Position numbers and translations under genes: made by a program. Below, one piece after another: positions 13,006 to 25,786 of a stretch of 64,000 nucleotides of DNA. Below the pieces are notes generated by a model. The model saw only the letters and a list, made by a program, of their open reading frames with translations, was not told the origin of the DNA and did no database searches. Positions within the stretch are counted from its first letter, which is position 1; each line of letters starts with the position of its first letter. Origin of the DNA: Hypanus sabinus (Eukaryota); contig NC_082718.1 in assembly GCF_030144855.1 (NCBI RefSeq), positions 90,148,001-90,212,000 of the forward strand, given 5' to 3'.

Positions 13006-15426
13006 ATGAAGACTGCAATAAGAATAGCAGATGAAATTACTTTGTAACAGTATCTTGCAGATTATCAACCGAGACTTCCCAGTTTTCCAAAAAAACCAAA
13101 TGACCACAAATTGTTAATTAACCTTGTATTTCAAAATAAACCAAAGACTTGGCAGCGACAGTTTTATTTAATTTGTAGTATTATCAAACAATCTATGTTG
13201 ACTAGCGGTCTGTTCTTTACAATGCCAGTGTGTTATTTCAATAGAGTCGGCATTTAGAGCACAGAAGTGGCAAATGTTCAGCTCAATTTGTTTTGCCAAC
13301 TATGAAGCCAATGCACACACAAACCCATACCCCTGTATTCCTTTCCTAACCAAGTATCTGTCCTAATGCCTTTATAATTGTATCTGCCTCTTTCACATCC
13401 TCCTTGTCGCCACTATAACTAAAATGACAATTTATTTAAAGGGCTATTTTTATTTCAATAACAAGTGATTTGCACTTTGATTTGATTTGGAGTCAAATGT
13501 CCTATTTTCCCTTTGGTACTTCTGGTAAATTACCAGATGTGACTAAATTTCTGTCCCTGTAAATAGGGATGTGTGCTCTCTGCAAAGAATGACTCATCCA
13601 AGTGCCTTAAAGATGCAATTCCTTCTAGGGGAATAATTATCACAGCAGTAATCATCCTCTGGTATTTCATGTGTAACCTTGAGATAGTGGAATTAATTGC
13701 AAGTCATTGCACCCACAACTGGATATTATTGAGCAGATCTAGACTTGTATCTACACTTTCTCAGCAATGTGGCTCAGTTATATATTTGCAGTTTCCATGA
13801 TGGACTTTAAAGCCCCAAACTGATTTTAAGCTTTCAAAACAGTCAAAATTTTTAAAGAGAGTGTAATTTAGACTCCCTCAGTATATTCACTTGGAAAATC
13901 GGTGCCTTTTTCAGGTGTGTGAAATCCGTCTGTGTACTTTCTCCTTTGGACTCTTGATGAAGTTTGTTTTCTCAACACTTTGCAGAAAGGGAAGGTGAAG
14001 AGCAGATGTAGAACTTTGCTTTCCATTTGAAGAGTTGCATCCCTTTGTTTAGAAAATATACTGCTTTCTAGTGAATGGGTTTCAAAACTAGGCCATTTCA
14101 ATACTGAATAGCAATCAGTCTGTAATTATTGACTAGTGATAAGGCTTATATACAACATTGCAAAATAAATGACATGCCACCTGTATTTAAATATAATTAC
14201 ATACTCTTTCATCAATTTGTCATAATTCATAGTGAATATTCAACTGAAAATTTCTGAATTCTAATAAATTCAGTAAGTTTAATTAATGTGCTTTCAGGTT
14301 CATTGTTTAATGTTAATTTTGCAAATATTGTGGAAATTAGCATTATAAGATTCACTTCAAGTAGATTGTCATACATTGATCTATAAAGTGTCTTATCCTT
14401 CAGAATATATACACATTTTTTTAAAAATTGGGAATAGTAAACTGCTGTTTATCCAATATATAGGAAGTAAAATTCTCAGATAAACAGCAAACATCTTAGA
14501 GAATATTAAGCCTTTGACTTGTTGATGTGCCAATAAGGTAGCCAGGATATAGTGGAAAAAGTTGCACCAATTTTGGCTCAGGAAAATGTGGCCCAAGTGA
14601 TGTGTGTCTATGTTAGACTGAATTGCTTTTATGAAAACTAGCTCAAAATGTGAATTTTGTTTCAAGTGCTATGCAAAATAAGCATGTAAAAATAAAAAAA
14701 ATGTTTATTTACTTAAGAACTACAGACTGATTAGCAGCAACATTTTTTGAATATTTGCCATCTATGGTCATTCATTTTCTGTATTTTACATTAACTGTTT
14801 AGTCTTATAATAGAATTGCCATGTAAAATATTATTTAAAAATATGTAGCTTGGTGATTTATTTTAAAGGGTTATACATAGAACATTGTGTACTGTACAAC
14901 ATTTTTGCAATTCTTTTTCAGCACCCTATTTTCCCCATCCATTACAGACAGCTGAAAGTATACTTTATAGGTTCTCCCTAGGTAATGACAGGGTTCCGTT
15001 CCTAAGCACCCCAAACAGTGAGAAACAGCTACAGAGTTCCTACAGGGCAGAAGATGATCTGCCCCATAGGAATGGATAGTCTAGAAAAGCATCTTAAATC
15101 CAGTTTTGCCATTCTAATGATAAAGTTGCTGTTAATGAATTTAGCCCAAGCCTATTTCAGGCTCATGATATTCTTTAAAAGATTTTACTGCAGATGGTGT
15201 GTTAAATGCTAATGATAGTTTTAAAAAGGACACCAGGTGATGTGCCTTAAGTAGAACCTGTAAAAGGACATGGAAGTGTTAAACAGAATTGTTCTTTTTG
15301 GGTTCAATATGTCAAAATTCCAACTCATTCAAGAATAACCACAGCAGCTGATAAAGGCATTCCCCAAACACACTTGTATGTAGGGCTCAATATACAAAGC
15401 ATTCATAAAGTGGGGAGGATCTGTAT

Positions 15427-17013
15427 GTACACTTAAAGAACCTGCTGGGACGCCCTCCAACGATCACAGAAGGGAAAGAGAACATACCCATGATATTAAT
15501 GCAAGTCAACATCGATGATGGCCGATGATGGTTCCATTGAGGAACTGAAGAAGACTAAATATGTACTCAAACAGGGCAGGAGTGCTGGACCAGATGGGAT
15601 ACCACCAGATGTCCTGAAGAACTGCGACCTGGACGACATCTTGCTGGACATATGTAATACGGCACTGATGAAAGGTGACAAACCAGAACAGTGGTCACTC
15701 TCAAACATTATCCTGTCCCCAAGTCTGGATCCCTCAGCTTGACCTGCATCTTAGCAAAGCTATACAATTGGATGATCTTGAACAGGATTCACACCACCAT
15801 TGACCCTGAGCTAAGATTCAATCAGAATGGTTTTCGGCAGAAGTGCACAACAGTAATGCAAATACTTGCTCTCTGTAGAATCATCAAGGAAGTCAAGAAC
15901 AACAACCTACCAGCCATGCTTACCTTCTTCGATTTTCACAAAGCTTTTGACTCCATTCACCGAGGTAAAACGTTGAAGATCCTGAAAGCTTACGGAGTGC
16001 CAGACCATCTACTGAGAGCAATAGAGTCCAGCTACATCAAGACCATGGCGAAAGTTGTATCACCAGACGGAGAAACAGCAGTGTTCGAGCTCCTAGCTGG
16101 TGTGCTGCAAGGAGACACTCTGGCACCCTATATCTTCATAATCGTCCTTGATTACGCTCTACATCAAGCTACCAAAGATCATGACAAACTTGGTTTTACC
16201 ATAAAACCAGGACGAACCAAAAGGGTCAGACCAGCTATGCTCACAGATCTCGGTTTTGCAGACGACACAGTCCTGCTCTCTGACCAGATGGAGGAAGCAC
16301 AGCATCTACTGACAAAAGTGCAACAAAGTTGGACTTCAGCTAAGTGCTAAAAAGACGAGTACACGGCGTTCAACTGCGACAAAATTACTCTCAAGACCGT
16401 AAAGAATGATACCATTAAGGAAGTCTTAGACTACAAATATCTTGAGTCAAGAATGATGAGTTCGGAGAAGGACTTACTGATACGGAAGGCGCTGGCGTGG
16501 AAGGCTATGAACTACATGAAGGAAATATGGAGGTCGAATATGACCAGACGACTCAAAAAGAGGATCTTCATAGCAGTCATAGTCCATTCTCATGTACGGT
16601 TGTGAGACATGGACACTCACCAAGACCATGCGAAAGTCACTAGATGGTTGCTATACATGAATGCTCTGGATGGCGCTTAATGTGAGTTGGCAACAGCACA
16701 TGACGAACGTTGAGCTCTATGACGACCTACCGATGCTCACTACTAAAATCGAGGCGAGAAGACTGCAACTAGCAGGGCACTGTCTATGCCACCCTGAGCT
16801 ACCTGCCAGCCTAGTCATCACATGGGAGCCCAAGCATGGGAGCATAGTCTTGGCACCCTCCCAAGACTATGGTCAACACGCTCCTAGAAGATAGCGGCGC
16901 AGCTAATGTAGATAAACTAAACACACTGATGAGGGAGAAGGAGTGGAGAGTCTGTCATTGTGCCTGACGCCGGCCCCCTAGGCCTGAGTCGATGTAAGAA
17001 AGAAGAAGAAAGA
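15427..17013 (+). mobile_element. 5'-truncated RTE/RTE-X clade LINE between the convergent 3' ends
   Basis: RT motifs DFHKAFDS, GVLQGDTLAP, FADD; (GAA)n tail; 11-bp TSD AGGATCTGTAT (15416-15426, 17014-17024). Confidence 0.88.
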
Positions 17014-17959
17014 AGGATCTGTATAGTTTCAACGTGCATAAATAATAAATAAGGCTTAATTCCCTTTCTATGTGAAGCTTTTATTTTTTTAAGAAAGCAA
17101 AAATATTGGTACCAGCCCAAGTAATAAAACACATTACCTTTAGCATTTAAATTAAGTATAGAATACAGATGTTACAAATTTGGAGATGATCAATGGGACA
17201 GATGGCATTCTGGGGATAGAAATGGTTTTTCAGGTTTGCAGCCCTTTATCAGAACCAAACAATGAGAAAACCAGTTTTAAGCAGCAAAAAAAGTGATACA
17301 CGGAGAAAACAAAGGGAATGTCTGTGTATAAGGACATGGGTTGTCTAGATGCCACAATACTTTTGCAGAAATTATATTTATACATGAATGAGAATGAAGA
17401 ATGAATAAAGCCAGGAATATGCTGAAACTGACAGCAAGAACTCAGCAGATGTGCAAAATGTTTTTTTCTCTTCAAAAATGCTGCCTTAACTGATAGATTT
17501 TACTGGCAATCTTTTGGCTTCAGATATATTTGATGCACTTGTTTCCTTCTCTGAGTTGTAACAGATCTGTTTCTTCATTGGTTCAGTTCTGATGCAGTGT
17601 AACTGACTTAGCATGTTAGGTCTTTCGCTCCCTCCACAGAATGCAGCCTGACCTGCTGAATATTTCCATCTGTCTTCAGTGCAAATGTATTTCAGTCATC
17701 TAAATAAACTTAATTGTACTGTAAATGCAGTCCATTGAGAAATTTATGCTGAAGCAGGTATTCATATGTACAGTTGAAATAAAAGCAAATGACTATCTGC
17801 AGAACAGTATTTGAGAAAATTGCAATTCATAGTTTAACACCATTATAAATCAGTACATCTACTGTAAGTTACTATACATAGCAGTTATTATTTAAACAAT
17901 TTCATGGTACAGTTTCATTATAACTCCAGATCCACACAAAAAAACTAGTTGAGAGTATT

Positions 17960-18103
17960 TCATACAAAAGGAAAGAAAAAATCATAAGGTAAATTGATAT
18001 AAAGCATTGGTTTGCTTTTGTATCCAGGTTGGGCAGATGTAGACACATCTGTAAACTTAACTGAGGTAGAGATGTATAAATTTGTTGCAGTTTTCAAAGA
18101 TCT
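17960..18103 (-). CDS. TCTN1: Tectonic-1 last coding exon (...LPYDFFFPFV*)
   Basis: Strong acceptor; TCTN1-type C-terminus FFFPFV-stop with no transmembrane helix; spliced ORF 582 aa. Confidence 0.95.
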   Translation of the reverse strand, partial: RSLKTATNLYISTSVKFTDVSTSAQPGYKSKPMLYINLPYDFFFPFV

Positions 18104-18385
18104 CTAGAGAAAGAAAGCAAAAATTAATTGCAATTGTGCAGTGTAAAATTAAATCTGTAAAAAAATTTGGCAATTTGAATTACAAAAATCATGAAATTGG
18201 CTGTTATTCATGATTGTCACAAGTCTTACTCTAACTTTAAAACAACTAGATTTAGTCAACTGAAAGGTTTTGAACCAAGTGGTGCAAACCTCCATATAGA
18301 TGCTATTTCCAAGAACTTCTGTCCTATCTGTTATCAACTTCCAAGATCACTGGGTTTTTTGCTAAACAGATTGTCACTTAAGTTC

Positions 18386-19432
18386 AAAATACTCTGCAGA
18401 TGCTGTGGTTAAAGCAACACGTGCAACACTCTGGAGGAACTCAGCAGGTCGGGCAGCATCCGTGGAAGCAAACAGTCAACATTTCGGGTCGAGACCCTTC
18501 ATCAGGACAGAAGAGGGAGGGGGCAGGGGCCCTATAAAGAAGGTGGGAAGGAGAAGGCTGGTAGGTGCCAGGTGAAAAACCAATAAGAGGAAAGAGCACG
18601 GGGTGGGGAAGGGAAAGCAGGGAGGGGATAGGCAGGAAAAGTGAAGAAAGAATGTAAGGGAAAAGCACTATGGGTAGTAGAAGGCGGCGGAATCATGAGA
18701 GGGGTGATAGGCAGCTGGAGGAGGAGGCAGAGTGAAACTGGGATGGGGGAAGGGAGAGGGAGGGAATTACCAGAAGTTGGAGAATTTAATGTTCATGCCA
18801 AGGGGCTGGAGACTACCTAGACGGTATATGAGGTGTTGCTCCTCCAACCTGAGTTTGGCCTCGTCATGGCAGTAGGGGAGGCTATGTCTGGACATATCCG
18901 AATGGGAATGTGAAGCAGAGTTGAAGTGGGTGGCAAGTTCACATTCCCATTTGGATACGTCTATACATGGCCTCTTCTATTGCCATGACGAAGCCAAACT
19001 CAGGTTGGAGGAGCAACACCTCATATACCGTCTGTGTATCCTCCAGCCCCTTGGCATGAACATTGAATTCTCCAACTTCCAGTAATTCCCTCCCTCTCCC
19101 TTCCCCCATCCCAGTTTCACTCTGACTCCTCCTCCTCCAGCTGCCTATCACCTCTCTCATGATTCTGCCTTCTACTACACAGTGCTTTCCCCTTACATTC
19201 CTTCTTCACCTTTCCTGCCTATCCCTTCCCTGCTTTCCTTCCCCCACCCCTTGATCTTTCCTCTTATTGGTTTTTCACCTGGCACCTTCTACCCTCCCCC
19301 CACCTTCTTTATAGGGCCCCTGCCCCCTCCCTCTTCAGTCCTGACGAAGGGTCTTGGCCCGAAACGTTGACTGCTCGTTTCTATGGATGCTGCCCGATCT
19401 GCTGAGTACCTCCAGTGTGTTGTAAGTGTTGC
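18386..19432. mobile_element. Penelope-like element remnant arranged as a ~500-bp-arm inverted repeat
   Basis: Arms ~18413-18915 and ~18939-19432; GIY-YIG C-terminal-like peptide LRLEEQHLIYRL...GMNIEFSNF; hammerhead cores; flanking 15-bp direct repeat TTGTCACTTAAGTTC. Confidence 0.85.
19333..19373 (+). ncRNA. Minimal type I hammerhead ribozyme motif (Penelope pLTR type)
   Basis: CAGTC-CTGACGA-AGGGtcttggCCC-GAAACGTT-GACTG: stem I, core, stem II, palindromic ACGT stem III, GUU triplet. Confidence 0.7.
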
Positions 19433-20800
19433 TTGTCACTTAAGTTCCTTGCTCACTACAACACAAATCCCAGATAATGTCACTGACTTGAATATCATAC
19501 ATGTCAATCAGTTCTCTGAACCTCAGGAAAATGTTTCTGAAGCAATACTGTGGACTTTATTTCCTTCTGTTACCAAACAGTTGATTTAGCACTTACTGTA
19601 ATTTATCAACCCAAGTTCCCGAGATTAAAACATTATGGAATCCAGTTTTCTCACAATTTGTTGAATTGTTGACTTCATTCTATTATGCTGAAAAAAGCAT
19701 ATTTATTTTCTTTTGGTTCATAATCTCTCCATAAAATAAACATAAAACATTATTTGGTAATCATAACCTTTTCAGGTCAAAGCAGAAATGAGCACTTTCA
19801 AAACATTAAGGTACTGTGATTTTTCAATATTGATGTGAATACAAGGACAGCAAAGATAAAAAAAAAACATGAAGTGAAGTCGAGATGGGATGCATTGAAA
19901 ATCATGAACAGTTTATGTTGATAATGAGGCTGAATCAATTCAGAAAATCTAAAGAAGAAATGGGGGCAAGAGGCTACTTGGCTGTTTCAGACTGTCATAC
20001 AATTAAAAAAAATGGCTTATTGTCTACCTCAAACTCTATTTTCCCAGCTGAACCTGATTTCTTTAAATATGAAAACAATTAATCTTTGTGTTGAGTGCAA
20101 ATAACTGAGCCTCCACAGCCCTCTGTGTTAGAGAATCCCACTGATTCACTGCCCTCTGCATGCTTGCATTTGTGGGGGAGGGGACGTGCGGAGAGAAAAA
20201 TTCTATTGAATTTTGAACTAAATATCCTACCCCTTATTTTGAGAATTAGTTAGTTCTAGACTCACTAGTCAAGTAAGATATCCATCCCATTTCTATCATG
20301 TTCAAGCTGCAAAGAATTTTCTACTGTTCAGTGAGATCACCACTCATTTTTCTAAATCCTACAGAATAAAACCCATCCTCTTTAATTTCTCCCCTTATAA
20401 TAAAGCTAGCATCCCACTAACTGGTCTAGTGAATCTTCAATACATACTTTTATATTTTAAGGTATGAAAACTTAAAACTGTGCTCAATGATCCAGGTATG
20501 GTCTTCAGGTAATTGTAATTAGCTGTTTTTACTCTTTTATTCAAATCCTTTGGACTGAAGGTTATCATTTGCCACCTTAGCTACTTGCCTAATCAACATG
20601 TCAGCTTTCATCTGGATGTCTTTAAACATAAGTTCCTAATTTCAAAAATTATACTCAGTATTTCCATGTTGTCTTCTGGTGGATTAATTTCTGCCCCCCC
20701 CCCCACCCCCATTGGATTCCAACTGCCAGATTGCTGTCCACACACTCAACTCATTCATCTTTCCTTGCAGCCTCTGTGCTTCCTCATAAACTAACATTTA

Positions 20801-21205
20801 TTTTCGTGCTGTTAGCACACTTCACGATGTTATAGTTAATCCCTTCAACCAAATTGTTGGTATACAGTAGATTGTCAATAGTTGGGTTCTTACACACAAG
20901 ATCTTGTAATACCCCCACTACCTGCAGCCTATGAACGTGGGAAGGACTTTTTTCACTTCTACTTATTACCATCTGCTAACCAACTTTCAATATATGCAGT
21001 TATGTCAGCCCTGGGTCCCATGCTCTGTAACCTTGTTCATCATCATCCTGTGTACTCTTTCAACAAAATCCAACTATCTAGTGTACTAGATATCTTCAAA
21101 GTACTCCAATAGTTATAAATGTTATACAAGGATGATGTTTTTTCTGTCAATCAATAAATTCTAATTTTCAAATGTTATGCCTTGAGATGATGATACATTG
21201 TTATT
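20801..21205. repeat. Local direct duplication, copy 1
   Basis: Colinear with 23822-24226. Confidence 0.85.
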
Positions 21206-21247
21206 GGTTTAGAACTATTTTTTCTTTCAAGAAAACTTACTACTTAC

Positions 21248-21373
21248 CAAAATGCATGTTTCTCTGATTGTCTGTGTGACTTCTACAATTTTAGCTTGTG
21301 GGTTTATTAAGGAACCATATTTTGTCCACTTTACCTCCAGCATTAAAGATTCAGGAACTTCACAACCACATCT
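21248..21373 (-). CDS. TCTN1: Tectonic-1 exon 13 ([19 protein letters not shown])
   Basis: 126 nt, near-identical to the recalled human motif. Confidence 0.96.
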
Positions 21374-22929
21374 CTGTAAGAAGATGGTGCTTCAGTTATT
21401 TTGCTGGTTGGAACAAGCAATGAAATCATGCAAATTGTCAACCTATAAAAATATTAGAAAATGACATATCAAAACCCTGTGTAATAGTTGTACAGCAGGG
21501 AAACATGCCAATTATGATGCCCCATCCAACCTAGTTCCATTTGTCACTGTTTGGCCCTTAACATTCTAAATCCTTCCAATCTATGTACCTGTCTCCCTGT
21601 CTTTTAAAAGCTGTTATTTGTACCTGTCTCAACTACTTTCTCTGGCAGCTCATTCAACATAGATACCACCTTTTGTGTTTTTTTAAAATGTTGCCCCTCA
21701 AGTTCTTTTTAAATCTTTCTCCTCTCACCTTAAACCTATACCCTCTGGTTCTTGATACCCTAATTCTGGGGGATCAAGTCCACTCAATCTATGTTCCTAT
21801 GTCCTCAGCCTCCTGCACTCCAAGAAATAAAGTCTAAGTCTGTTCAACCTCTCCCTAACTCAGTTCCTCAATTCCTGGCAGCAGCCTTGTAAATCTTTTC
21901 TGCACTCTTCCCAGTTTAATAACATCTTTCCTGTAGAAGAGCAACTAAAACTGAACACATTACTCTATGTGGTCTCTCCAGTGTCCTGCTCAATTGCACC
22001 ATAATCTCCCAATGCCATTACTTCTGAAGGCCAGTGTGCCAAAAGCTGCTTTCGTCACCCTGTCCACTTTCTAGGAATCACGTATTTGTAGTCCAGAATC
22101 CTTTGTTCTGCAATACCTCCAGGGCTCTGCTGTTCATTGTGAAAGTCCTACTTGTTTTTGACTTTCCCAAATGCAATATGCATTAACCATGTTGGCTACA
22201 TTCTTGTCCAAATTGTTAATTTGGATGACAAATGATAATGGGCTCAGTATTGAACCCTGAGGTACACCACTAGTCACAGGTCTCCAGTTTCAGAAACAAC
22301 CCACTATTATCATCTTGCTGTGATTTCTAACAACCAGCCAACTGTGTATCCAATTAGCCAGCTCTCCCTGGATCTTCTGTGACCTAATCTTTTATTAAAG
22401 TGAAGTCATGTTTTAACAACTGCCAAACAGCTTCCATGCACCAAAAGCAAACACTGAGTCTCATAGAGTCTCTTTCCTTCAAATTTAAAGTATTGAATCA
22501 CTTTTTAAATGTATCTTTAAGCTCAATCTTCCTTGCTTTTATTTGGCTTTACAACCAGATATGATTAAATATTCCAACTAATGCTTGCTGATTTTTAAAA
22601 CCTGTCTAACTCAGAGTCAGAGTCATACAGCATGTAAACATCAGGTTCTTATTGGCCCAACTTATCACATGACTAGGATGGCCCATCTAAGCTAATCCCA
22701 TCTGCTAGCATTTGGCTCAACTTTTTAAACCTTTCTAACCTATGTACCTCTCCAACATCTTGTTGCAAAAAGTATATGTGATTAATGATTTTTGAATGTG
22801 TTTAAGCAGAAATATTTTCAGCCCATGTGATCCTGCTAGCCGTATTTTGTTGCTGCTATTAGCACTCCGATACTTTCCATCAAGATGTAGATTAAAAACT
22901 GACCTCTTCATATTTCTTCAAGTTATTAC

Positions 22930-23086
22930 CTGAATTATTGAAGTAGCTTTTTGGATGGTCACCCAGTCTTTCACATTCTGCACAGGAGTGTTTCCAAATG
23001 ATGCCACACTTTGAGGAAAGTTTTGTCCAATTAACAGATTTCTGATGATATTTGACCACTGATGGCATGTTGTGACATTGGTTATT
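22930..23086 (-). CDS. TCTN1: Tectonic-1 exon 12 (...FPQSVASFGNTPVQNVKDWVTI...)
   Basis: 157 nt, VAxFGN and DWV motifs. Confidence 0.94.
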
Positions 23087-23821
23087 CTTTAGGGATAAAT
23101 AAGAAAAATCTCAGTTGTTCATCCATGCATGTTGTCAAAAAGGCTGTATTGCTTGTGCTCCCTCAGATTGGATGGAAAATTTTGCCAATGAGATTGCTTA
23201 TTTATTTGTTTTGTTAAGTGGGAGTCAAGTCGTCACTTTTATTGTCATTTTGACCATAACTGCTGGTACAGTACATAGTAAAAATGAGACGACGTTTTTC
23301 AGGACCATGGTGTTACATGACACAGTACAAAAACTAGACTGAACTATGTAAAAAATAACAACACAGAGAAAGCTACACTAGACTACAGACCTACACAGGA
23401 CTGCATAAAGTGCACAAAAACAGTGCAGGCTTTACAATAAATAATAAACAGGACAATAGGGCAAAGTGTCAGTCCAGGCTTTGAGTATTGAGGAGTCTGA
23501 TAGCTTGGGGGAAGAATTTGTTACATAGTCTGGTCATGAGAGCCCAAATGCTTCAGAGCCTTTTCTCAGACGGCAGGAGGGAGACATTAGCAAGGCCAGC
23601 ATATTTCACCAAGGAAAGTATTTCTTCCCAATCCTTATTGCCCTTGCAAGATAAACTGAACTTTCAAATTAGAATGGTGCAGAGCTTAAAGGAGAACCTG
23701 AAGGTGATGTGCTTCCACACATCTGCCAGTTTGCCATTCTTGGTAGCAGAGTTCGTATGTTTGGAAGTTGCAGTCAGAAGCCTAGGTAACAACTTCACGT
23801 ATGTAGATAGCACATATCACA

Positions 23822-24226
23822 TTTTTGTGCTGTTAGCAAACTTCACGATGTTATATTTAATCCCTTCAACCAAATTGTTGGTATATATTGTCAATAGTTG
23901 GGTTCTTACACACAAGATCTTATAATACCCCTGCCAGCTGTAGCCTGTGAATGTTGGAAGGACCTGTTTCACTTCTACTTTTTAACATCTGATAACCAAC
24001 TTTGAATATCAGCCCTGGGTTCCATGTGCTGTAACCTCGTCCATCATTTGTGTAGACCTTAACAAAATCCAAATACACTATCTAGTGTACCAGATATCTT
24101 CAAAAGACTCCAATGGTTAACTTGTTATAAATGTTATATAAGCATGTTATTTTCCTTTTTCTCTGTATCAATCAATAAATTCTAATTTTCAAATGTTATG
24201 CTTTTAGTTGATGATATATTGTTATT
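23822..24226. repeat. Local direct duplication, copy 2
   Basis: Colinear with 20801-21205. Confidence 0.85.
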
Positions 24227-25786
24227 TTTAAAACAATTTGTCCAGATGGTACGCATCACAATCTTTATGCATCGCTGCAGATGGCATATATATTTAGAGC
24301 TTAACATGGTTCCAATTAAATAAGTTGTTATGTCCTGAACAGATAAGAAATCTTTGAGTGTTGCTGGGCTTGTAGTTACCTAGGCTGGGGGAGATTATTC
24401 CATTATGTTCTTGACGTGTTTTGTAGATGGTGCATTCCCTGAAATAATCAAACAGGGAATATGTGTTTTACTCCTTAAAGAACGTGGAGATTAATGTAGT
24501 AGAGATCCACAAAAGTTTTTATTTAATTTTCATTTAAATCAGAACATTACCGGTCTATTATTATTGAGCATATCCTTCCTCCCAATGAGCTTCAAGACTT
24601 GAGGCCGAGTAACAATCTTTAATAGTGCCATAGTCCAAAACTTCAATTCAACTCTCAGTACTATGTCACAATGACTCGGCCCAAATATTCAGGTTTTCAG
24701 TGACCTATTAATTTTATAATTATGATCCAACATTCCCCACTGCTTGTCTTTGGTCTTTAATGCTATTTCAATTCAAGATTTGTACAGTCCTCTAAACCTT
24801 AACTTTATTTCTCCTGTTAAGAACTTCTTTTACATCATCATCTCTTGCCTATTAACCATTCTTTGCTACATGCTAATTTATAGCAGTTGCATAATATGAC
24901 AGATACAGAAATAAAAGAAAATACAGAAGATACAGAAAATAACAGAAATAATTATCACAGAGAAATGCAATATAAGCATTACTAAAGAATTCCATCACAG
25001 AACAATCAGGCAAATTAAATTTAGAAATGTGTTTTATAAATTTACTTGAATCCATTTAAAATTTTTCATTGTATAGTGATGTATTTTCACTTGCTACCTG
25101 GCAAATCAAACTCTTGGTAGGAAGGCCTACCACCAAGTCCCAAGTAAAGAATATTTTACTTCTCCATATGCATTGGTGCTATATCTAACCAGCTCATCTC
25201 CACCTACCTTGGGTAATCATCAGCAGAGGAAGGAAGTGAGGGAGGCAAGCACAACTTAAGCTTAGAAACATGATCTCACTCTTTTTCACTGTTGAATAAT
25301 GGAGCCCCTCCAGCACAGGTGTAATATAGTTTGATTTTCCTGGGATTAGATTATATCACATACAGGCTCACAAGATTTCTGGTGTAAAATAAGTTCTGTG
25401 GTGATGTTTCAGAAGTACTTGTTAAAGCTACTGCAACAAAGAGGAAGATGCTCAGTTAAAAGAGCTACAAAGAGTGAGAGGTACAGTGCTAAGGCTTGGT
25501 AAAGACTGGAGCCTTTGCTGGTACTTTTAACCATATTGGAAGAGCAAGGGATATTCTGTGTAAATTTATTTGTGAATTCAGTGTCTCAATTCTACTATCA
25601 TCCCCATTGTTTGGCTATGGATGTCCTGGTAATAGAAACAAGGTAGAAAGAAATTTTACAGAAAGCTGTGCCCCCTCTCTTAATTCTTTCCATTGCTAAT
25701 GTTTTACCTGAGAAAGGTGAGCCAGATATATCCCTTACATTGATATAGGAGGAAAATTTAGCTGTCAGTGAGTTAGTGGTAGGTCT

